From assembly GCA_046861655.1 (NCBI GenBank), contig JBHIAI010000002.1:1-64000 (forward strand): a DNA stretch of 64,000 bases, written 5' to 3'. Under the pieces are notes generated by a model. It saw only the letters and a list, made by a program, of their open reading frames with translations, was not told the origin of the DNA and ran no database searches. Position numbers and translations under genes: made by a program. Within the stretch, counting starts at the first letter, position 1. Every line of letters starts with the position of its first letter. This document shows, piece after piece, positions 57,352 through 64,000 of the stretch. The DNA is from Fidelibacterota bacterium. Lineage in GTDB: Bacteria; Fidelibacterota; Marinisomatia; Marinisomatales; S15-B10.

Positions 57352-58959
57352 TTATTCTCTGATCTGATCTGGAAGGTCGGGATACTGGCCCGCATTCTTG
57401 CGGGGGCGAACCGTGTTCTGAGCCAAACCCCACGCGGTAGCATACACGAGTTGGGTCACCTTTACCAGCTTGGTGAGATCGATCTTGTCCGGTGTGTCTG
57501 TGGGCTGGTGGTAATCCTCGTGGATACCGGCAAAGAAGAAAATCGCCGGAATGTCCCGGCTGGAGAACTGGTAATGGTCGCTCCGGTAATAATAGCGATT
57601 GGGATCATCCAGGCTGTTGTAACGATAGTTTGGGTACAGTCCCTCTATCTTCGTGGCGGCAAATTCATTAACGGCATGAAGATCGTGACTGATCATGTCC
57701 GAACCGATAACGTAGATAGAGTCGGGGGCGTTTCGTCCAACCATGTCGATGTTTAAGTCGGCGATGGTATTCTCCAGGGGAATGAGAGGATGATGGACGT
57801 AATACCGGGAGCCCAGCAACCCTTTTTCCTCGCCTGAGAGGGCCAGAAACAGGAGGCCCCTTCGGGGAGATTCAGGATTCAGGACTACAGCCTGGGCAAT
57901 CTCCATCAACGCGGCGGTCCCCGAGCCATTGTCATCGGCGCCAGGCCAGATGGTTCCCTCGTCGTTCTTTCCCAGATGGTCATAATGGGCAGAGATGACC
58001 ACCGTTTCGTGGGCAACCTGGGGATCGGTTCCGGGTGCGTAGGCCGCTACATTCCGGGCGATGACGCTTTCCTTGTGAACGTCCACATGGATGTGAATTC
58101 GGCGACTTTCCAGGGAAACGGAATTGGGTCTGCCCGTGTCCTCCAGGTCCAACTGGAGATCTGCCAGTGAAGTATTCATCCCGGCCAGGATGCGGTCAGC
58201 GGCGCGGGAATTGACAAAGAATACGGGAACGGGCTTTTCGGAAGACGGCAGTACCATGCTCTCCCGGGACAGCCACCGGGACCACCGCTTGAATTTTCTT
58301 GAGAATATCTCATCCTTCCTGGGGTCGGGTGCTATGAGGAGGGCTTCCGCCGCCTGGGCTTTGGCCTGTTTGACTTTTTCCCTCACGTCTGAATAATGGG
58401 TGTTCTTGTTTCCTGGTTCTCCATCCATGATCAGGACCATCTTATGGGTGACGTCCACGGAGGCATAATCATCGTAGTCGTATTCCTGTGCCGTAACACC
58501 ATATCCCGCATAGACCACGGGTGCCTGGATTTCTATGGAGGTCATGAGACCTCGAGGGGAAACGAAAAAGTCCTCTCCGTACTGAAACTCCTCTCGAACC
58601 CATCCCTCGCCTTCTTCATACACCAGAGTCAGGGTGGGATCATCCCCCAGGGTGGTTTTCAGAAGCTCATAGGGATGAAAAAAGGAACCATCAGGGTTCA
58701 GGGAGGTGAGTTCCAGCCGGCGAAACTGGGCGGCGATGTATTCAGCCGCCACCTGAAGACCCCGTTGTCCTGTTCCCCGCCCTTCAGCGGCGTCGGATGC
58801 CAGGAATCCCAGATGGGCCTCGAGATCACTCTTAGTGATGGAGTTCATCCCCTGGGCGATGGCTCCGATGTCGAAAACGGGGGAAAAGTAGACCCCCGCC
58901 TGTCCGTAGAGCAAGCAGGTGAGGAAAGTGGCGTAGAGGATTCGAATTCGCAACGTCAA
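57352..58959 (-). CDS. M28 family peptidase with PA domain
   Basis: LASDAAEGRG, SAHYDHLG, GADDNGSG, GEEKGLLGS, NIDMVGR, RSDH, YHQPTD. Confidence 0.93.
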   Translation of the reverse strand: MTLRIRILYATFLTCLLYGQAGVYFSPVFDIGAIAQGMNSITKSDLEAHLGFLASDAAEGRGTGQRGLQVAAEYIAAQFRRLELTSLNPDGSFFHPYELLKTTLGDDPTLTLVYEEGEGWVREEFQYGEDFFVSPRGLMTSIEIQAPVVYAGYGVTAQEYDYDDYASVDVTHKMVLIMDGEPGNKNTHYSDVREKVKQAKAQAAEALLIAPDPRKDEIFSRKFKRWSRWLSRESMVLPSSEKPVPVFFVNSRAADRILAGMNTSLADLQLDLEDTGRPNSVSLESRRIHIHVDVHKESVIARNVAAYAPGTDPQVAHETVVISAHYDHLGKNDEGTIWPGADDNGSGTAALMEIAQAVVLNPESPRRGLLFLALSGEEKGLLGSRYYVHHPLIPLENTIADLNIDMVGRNAPDSIYVIGSDMISHDLHAVNEFAATKIEGLYPNYRYNSLDDPNRYYYRSDHYQFSSRDIPAIFFFAGIHEDYHQPTDTPDKIDLTKLVKVTQLVYATAWGLAQNTVRPRKNAGQYPDLPDQIRE

Positions 58960-59046
58960 GAAAAGTTACGGTCGCAAGGGGTAGGAAAAAAGATTGAAGG
59001 TCAGACAAAACTTTGGCAACATTCCCTTGAAGCAAAGGAGGTTGGT

Positions 59047-59790
59047 ATGAGAGGACTGGAAGGGAAAGTGGTGATCGTTACGGGATCGGGACAGGGAATT
59101 GGCCGGGAGACGGCCCTCCGCTTTGCCGAAGAAGGGGCAAAGGTTGTGGTGGCGGAAGTCAATCCATCAACGGGCCAGCGAGTGGCCCGAGAGCTTTCCG
59201 GTTCGGGGGCGGAAGCTCTGTTTGTTCAGGTGGACATAGCCCACAGGGACAGTGTTCGACAGATGGTTGCCGCGGTGAACAAAAGGTTTGGGCGTATCGA
59301 CGTTCTGGTGAACAATGCCGGTGTCATACAAGACAGGACCCTGAAGAATATGACCGGTGACGAATTCGACCGGGTGATCCGGGTAAACCTCAAGGGAACC
59401 TTCGTTTGCACTCAGGAAGTGGTGGAAGTGATGCGTGAACAAGGATCGGGCGTCGTGTTGAATGCCACATCCGTTGTGGCCCTGTACGGAAATTTCGGTC
59501 AGACCAACTATGTGGCCAGCAAGAGTGGCATCATAGGGATGACCAGGGTGTGGGCCCGGGAGTTGGGCAAGGACGGCATCCGGGTGAACGCCGTGGCTCC
59601 CGGTTTTATCATGACGGACATGCTAAAGGACATCCCGAAGGATGTGTTGAACGAGAAGGTGGACAAGATCCCCTTAAGGCGGATGGGCCATCCTGAAGAG
59701 GTGGCGGCCGTCTACTGCTTCCTGGCCAGTGAGGATGCCGGCTACATCACCGGTGCCGTCTTAAGTGTAGACGGCGGCGTGGTGGTGTAA
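59047..59790 (+). CDS. fabG: 3-oxoacyl-ACP / acetoacetyl-CoA reductase (SDR)
   Basis: TGSGQGIG, NNAG, GQTNYVASK, NAVAPGFI; AAGGAGG RBS. Confidence 0.88.
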   Translation: MRGLEGKVVIVTGSGQGIGRETALRFAEEGAKVVVAEVNPSTGQRVARELSGSGAEALFVQVDIAHRDSVRQMVAAVNKRFGRIDVLVNNAGVIQDRTLKNMTGDEFDRVIRVNLKGTFVCTQEVVEVMREQGSGVVLNATSVVALYGNFGQTNYVASKSGIIGMTRVWARELGKDGIRVNAVAPGFIMTDMLKDIPKDVLNEKVDKIPLRRMGHPEEVAAVYCFLASEDAGYITGAVLSVDGGVVV

Positions 59791-59932
59791 AACCGTCGGC
59801 AGCGGGCAGTGGCAGTTAACAGTAAGAGATGAGAATCCAGCTATCAGCCGTCACGCGTTAAGGCGCGACGAATTACGCATTCCGTTCTCAATGATCACTT
59901 CTGAATAATCAATTCCCTGTGTTCTCTATGGG

Positions 59933-62653
59933 TCAAGTTTCCCTGATGGCGGCCTGGGCGGCGGCCAGCCGGGCAATGGGGATCCGAAAGGGAGAACAAC
60001 TCACGTAGTCCAGTCCCACCCGGTGACAGAATTCGATGGAGTCGGGATCTCCCCCATGCTCACCGCAGATACCCACTTTTAGGTCGTTTCGAGCGGACCG
60101 ACCCTTCTTTACCCCGATCTCAACCAGCTGTCCCACACCGGTCTGGTCCAGGGACTGGAAGGGATCATCCGGCAAGATCTTGTGGGAGAGGTAATCAGGC
60201 AGGAAACCGCCGATATCATCCCGGGAAAAGCCGAATGTGGTCTGGGTGAGATCGTTGGTACCGAATGAGAAGAACTCGGCATCCCTGGCAATTTCATCGG
60301 CGGTGAGGGCGGCCCGGGGGACTTCAATCATGGTGCCCACCTGATAATCAAGAGTCACTCCTGTCTCATCCATGACGCTTTGAGCCACCTTTCGGATAAT
60401 GGATTCCTGGTTCTTAAACTCCTGGGCAGTACCCACCAGAGGGACCATGACTTCAGGGACCGCCTTCAGGTTATCCCTGGAGAGCTCCACCGCTGCTTCG
60501 AAGATGGCCCTGGCCTGCATTTCGGTGATCTCAGGATAGGTGATCCCCAACCGGCAGCCGCGGTGCCCCAGCATGGGATTGACTTCATGGAGAGACTCAA
60601 TCCGGGCTCGCAGTTTATCTGTGTCGACCTTCAAATCCCGGGCCAGTTCGGAGATTTGCTCATCGGCGAGACTGACGAATTCGTGCAGGGGAGGATCCAA
60701 GAGGCGGATGGTTACCGGAAATCCATCCATGGCCCTGAATAGGTCGACAAAATCCTGGCGTTGGTAGGGCAGTAATTTCATAACTGCCTTCCGGCGGTCT
60801 TCCTCTGTCTGGGCGATAATCATCTCTCTCATGGTTCTGATTCGCTCAGGGTCAAAGAACATATGCTCCGTGCGACAGAGGCCGATGCCCCCCGCTCCAA
60901 ACATCCGGGCCTGTTCGGCATCTCGTATCGTGTCGGCATTCGCCCGGATGCCCAGGGTTCGGACCTCGTCCGCCAGGTCCATGAGTCTGGTAAAGTACTC
61001 GTTATTCAGGGGATCAGCGGGGATGAGCGGCAGTTGACCCTGGTAGACGTTGCCTTTCGTGCCGTTCAGGGTGATCCAGTCACCCTCGCGGAGGGTCTGT
61101 CCATTCACCCAGGCCGTCTTATTTTTCCGGTCAATACGGAGGGCTGAGCATCCCACGATGCAGCATTTTCCCCACCCTCTGGCCACCAGGGCGGCGTGAC
61201 TTGTCATGCCCCCTCTTGCAGTGAGAATAGCCTGGGAAGCATGCATGCCGTGAACATCTTCAGGGGAGGTTTCATTCCGGACCAGGACCACCTTTTTCCC
61301 CTCTTGGGACCAGGCTTCGGCATCGTCGGCGGTGAAAACAATCTGTCCCACCGCACCCCCGGGTCCAGCCGGAAGGCCATGGGCCAGGGGTCCGGCGGTT
61401 TGTTCCTCCTTTGGATCAACCATGGGATGGAGGAGTTCATCCAGCTGGGTGGGTCTGACACGCATAAGGGCTTCCTCTTTGGTAATCAACCCCTCCTCCA
61501 ACATCTCCACAGCCATACGGATGGCGGCCGCGCCGTTGCGCTTCCCCACCCGGGTCTGAAGCATCCACAATCTGCCGTCTTCTATGGTGAATTCAATGTC
61601 CTGCATGTCCCGGTAATGGGTGTCCAGCTTCTCCTGGATGGCATTGAGCTGGTCGTAAACCTCAGGCATGGCCTCCTCAAGGGAAGGGAGATCGTCGTTT
61701 TCTCCTGTTTTGCCCTGAATGTTTATGGGATTGGGAGTCCGGATACCGGCCACCACATCCTCTCCCTGCGCATTGGGAAGCCATTCTCCATAGAACACCT
61801 TCTCCCCCGTTGCCGGATTCCGGGTAAAGGCCACTCCTGTGGCACTGGTGTCCCCGGTGTTTCCGAACACCATGGCTTGAACATTCACGGCCGTCCCCAT
61901 TTTGTCCGGAAGCCTTTCAATGCGCCTGTAGGCCACGGCCCGTTTTCCGTTCCAGGAGTGAAACACGGCACCGATGGCTCCCCATAACTGTTCGTGAGGA
62001 TCGTCAGGGAACGGCTTCCCCAGGGTTTGTCTTATGGTTTCTTTGAAGGCTTCGGACAGTATCTTCCAGTCATCGGCGTCCAATTCCGTGTCTAAACTGA
62101 TCCCTTTTTCGTTTTTTCGTTCATCAATGAGGTCCTCGAGTCTCTCCCGGATCCCAACCTCGTTTGGTGATGCCTTTCCCCGTGGTGGTCCCTGCAACCC
62201 TCCCTTTTCCATCACCACATCAGAATACATCATGATCAGGCGCCGGTAGGCATCGTAGGCAAACCTGGGATTCCCGGTTCTCTCGATCAGCGCGGAAAGG
62301 GTTGTGGCCGTAAGTCCCACGTTCAGGACGGTTTCCATCATCCCTGGCATGGAGACGGCCGCCCCTGACCGTACCGAGACCAGAAGGGGATTCTTAGGGT
62401 CCCCAAACTGTTGCCCCATGATGGTTTCCACCTTGAGAAGGTTTGCTTTCACCTCTAGACTAAGTTCGTCCGGATAGTGCCTCTCGTGTTCATAAAAGTA
62501 GGTACACACCTCGGTAGTGATGGTAAAACCGGGGGGAACCGGGATTCCCAGATTGGTCATTTCGGCGATGTTGGCACCCTTTCCGCCAAGGAGATCCCTC
62601 ATCTCAGCACTGCCGTCAGCCTTTCCGTCACCAAAAAAGAAAACGTGTTTCAT
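59933..62653 (-). CDS. ppdK: Pyruvate phosphate dikinase
   Basis: LGGKGANI, VSVRSGA, GGMTSHAALVAR phospho-His, FSFGTNDLTQ, GICGEHGG. Confidence 0.97.
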   Translation of the reverse strand: MKHVFFFGDGKADGSAEMRDLLGGKGANIAEMTNLGIPVPPGFTITTEVCTYFYEHERHYPDELSLEVKANLLKVETIMGQQFGDPKNPLLVSVRSGAAVSMPGMMETVLNVGLTATTLSALIERTGNPRFAYDAYRRLIMMYSDVVMEKGGLQGPPRGKASPNEVGIRERLEDLIDERKNEKGISLDTELDADDWKILSEAFKETIRQTLGKPFPDDPHEQLWGAIGAVFHSWNGKRAVAYRRIERLPDKMGTAVNVQAMVFGNTGDTSATGVAFTRNPATGEKVFYGEWLPNAQGEDVVAGIRTPNPINIQGKTGENDDLPSLEEAMPEVYDQLNAIQEKLDTHYRDMQDIEFTIEDGRLWMLQTRVGKRNGAAAIRMAVEMLEEGLITKEEALMRVRPTQLDELLHPMVDPKEEQTAGPLAHGLPAGPGGAVGQIVFTADDAEAWSQEGKKVVLVRNETSPEDVHGMHASQAILTARGGMTSHAALVARGWGKCCIVGCSALRIDRKNKTAWVNGQTLREGDWITLNGTKGNVYQGQLPLIPADPLNNEYFTRLMDLADEVRTLGIRANADTIRDAEQARMFGAGGIGLCRTEHMFFDPERIRTMREMIIAQTEEDRRKAVMKLLPYQRQDFVDLFRAMDGFPVTIRLLDPPLHEFVSLADEQISELARDLKVDTDKLRARIESLHEVNPMLGHRGCRLGITYPEITEMQARAIFEAAVELSRDNLKAVPEVMVPLVGTAQEFKNQESIIRKVAQSVMDETGVTLDYQVGTMIEVPRAALTADEIARDAEFFSFGTNDLTQTTFGFSRDDIGGFLPDYLSHKILPDDPFQSLDQTGVGQLVEIGVKKGRSARNDLKVGICGEHGGDPDSIEFCHRVGLDYVSCSPFRIPIARLAAAQAAIRET

Positions 62654-62759
62654 AGTGTCAGTCTCCTCAAAACAGACCTCAATTTAGAGACGTCTACCAG
62701 CACATTCAAACCGTATTTGGGTTGATTTTATGACGGGGGCAGGGTACCATTGAAAAGTC

Positions 62760-62784
62760 TAGGAGTGCAGGCCCTGCACTCCTA
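62760..62784. promoter_or_regulatory. Perfect 25-bp palindrome between divergent ppdK and acetoacetate-CoA ligase genes
   Basis: TAGGAGTGCAGG-C-CCTGCACTCCTA. Confidence 0.5.
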
Positions 62785-62799
62785 AGCCGGGAGAAAGCC

Positions 62800-64000
62800 A
62801 TGTCAGAAATCTTGTGGACACCGTCACGGGAACAGGTGGTCCGTACCCAGATGGACGCGTTCCGTCGTTTTGTCAACAAGACGTACGACCGTGACTTGAA
62901 AGACTATTTTGATCTGTATGAGTGGTCGGTATCGGAAATCCCGGATTTCTGGGCCGCGGTGTGGGAATTCATGGACATCATTCATTCCAGGTCCTACCGC
63001 CAGGTGGTGGATGATCCCTCCAGGATGCCCGGTGCCCGGTGGTTTTCCGGTTCCCGGCTGAACTTTGCCGAAAACCTGCTTCGTTACCGCGACGACAGAC
63101 CCGCACTGGTGTTTCAGGGTGAAGGGCAACCCGTACGGACCCTCACGTACGCAGACCTCTACCGGGAGGTGGCCAGACTGGCCCGGGCCCTCCGGGAAGA
63201 AGGGATATCCGAGGGGGACCGGGTGGCCGGTTTCATGCCTAATATGCCAGAAACGGTTGTGGGACTCTTGGCCACAGCCTCATTGGGCGCTGTTTGGAGT
63301 TCATCCTCCCCCGATTTTGGGATCCAGGGCGTTCTAGACCGGTTCATGCAGATTGAACCCAGGGTCCTCCTTTCGGCAAATGGGTACTTTTACAACGGGA
63401 AGGTCTTCGATTCCCTTTCGAAACTTGAAGGCATCCTCCATGAACTTTCCAGTGTTCAGAAGGTGATTGTGGTACCCTATACCGAGCCTGAGCCCGACAT
63501 TTCCGGAATTTCCAGGTCTATCATGTACGAAGAGTTTGTGGGATCGGCGGATTCCCCCGATCTCGTGTTTGAGCAGCTTCGGTTTGATCATCCCCTGACC
63601 ATCATGTATTCCTCCGGAACGACGGGTCTGCCCAAGTCCATGGTTCACGGTGCCGGCGGTACACTCCTTCAACATCTCAAGGAGCTGAGATTGCACACGG
63701 ATCTGACTCGTGAAGATACCATCTTTTACTTCACCACATGCGGATGGATGATGTGGAACTGGCTCATCAGTTCGCTGGCCGTGGGCGCTACCATTGTCCT
63801 GTATGATGGATCGCCCTTTTACCCGGACCCGGGTGCCCTATGGCGTATGGCCCAGGATCTGAGAATCACGGTTTTTGGTACCAGCGCCAAGTTCATCGGC
63901 GCCTCCCGCGCTGCCGGGTCAAAACCGAAAAAGGAGTTTAACCTGAACCGGTTGAGAGCCATCCTGTCTACAGGGTCCCCCCTGGTCGAAGAAGGTTTTG
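62800..64000 (+). CDS. Acetoacetate--CoA ligase (5' partial, runs off the window; absent from the ORF track)
   Basis: MSEILWTPS..., WFSGSRLNFAENLL, SSPDFG, IMYSSGTTGLPK, FTTCGWMMWNWL, GTSAKF, STGSPL. Confidence 0.92.
   Translation, partial: MSEILWTPSREQVVRTQMDAFRRFVNKTYDRDLKDYFDLYEWSVSEIPDFWAAVWEFMDIIHSRSYRQVVDDPSRMPGARWFSGSRLNFAENLLRYRDDRPALVFQGEGQPVRTLTYADLYREVARLARALREEGISEGDRVAGFMPNMPETVVGLLATASLGAVWSSSSPDFGIQGVLDRFMQIEPRVLLSANGYFYNGKVFDSLSKLEGILHELSSVQKVIVVPYTEPEPDISGISRSIMYEEFVGSADSPDLVFEQLRFDHPLTIMYSSGTTGLPKSMVHGAGGTLLQHLKELRLHTDLTREDTIFYFTTCGWMMWNWLISSLAVGATIVLYDGSPFYPDPGALWRMAQDLRITVFGTSAKFIGASRAAGSKPKKEFNLNRLRAILSTGSPLVEEGF

Noticed and set aside
58396..59046. N-terminal extension of the SDR in the ORF track
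   Set aside because: Antisense to the M28 peptidase; the real start is 59047 with an AAGGAGG RBS.

Overview
A gene-dense 64-kb bacterial chromosomal window of about 55-60% GC (judged by eye). No rRNA, tRNA, CRISPR array, integrase or transposase was seen. The gene repertoire (ExbB-ExbD-ExbD-TonB, a secreted protein with an FCB-type C-terminal sorting domain, many outer-membrane beta-barrels and peptidases) suggests an FCB-group organism such as Marinimicrobia, KSB1 or Calditrichota; this is inference only. Metabolic genes cover amino-acid and peptide catabolism (trpB2, tnaA, phhA, ggt/ybdK/C26, S41/M19/M28 peptidases) and C3/C4 metabolism (malic enzyme, PPDK, two different convergent succinate:quinone oxidoreductase operons, orphan nuoB, acetoacetate-CoA ligase). 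The standout is an operon at about 46.3-54.7 kb behind a sigma70-type promoter. It encodes a stripped-down flagellar-motor-like machine: MotA, MotB, a FliF-like protein with only the RBM3 ring domain plus a long coiled coil, and a divergent FliG. These genes are co-transcribed with three secreted or outer-membrane coiled-coil/TPR proteins and a beta-barrel, and no export, rod, hook, filament, FliM/N or chemotaxis gene lies in the window. Further unannotated signals: a Trp-rich leader peptide before trpB2, a consensus sigma54 promoter plus a small membrane peptide next to an NtrY/NtrX-like pair, small ORFs below the ORF-track cutoff, and 7-nt-periodic intergenic elements.
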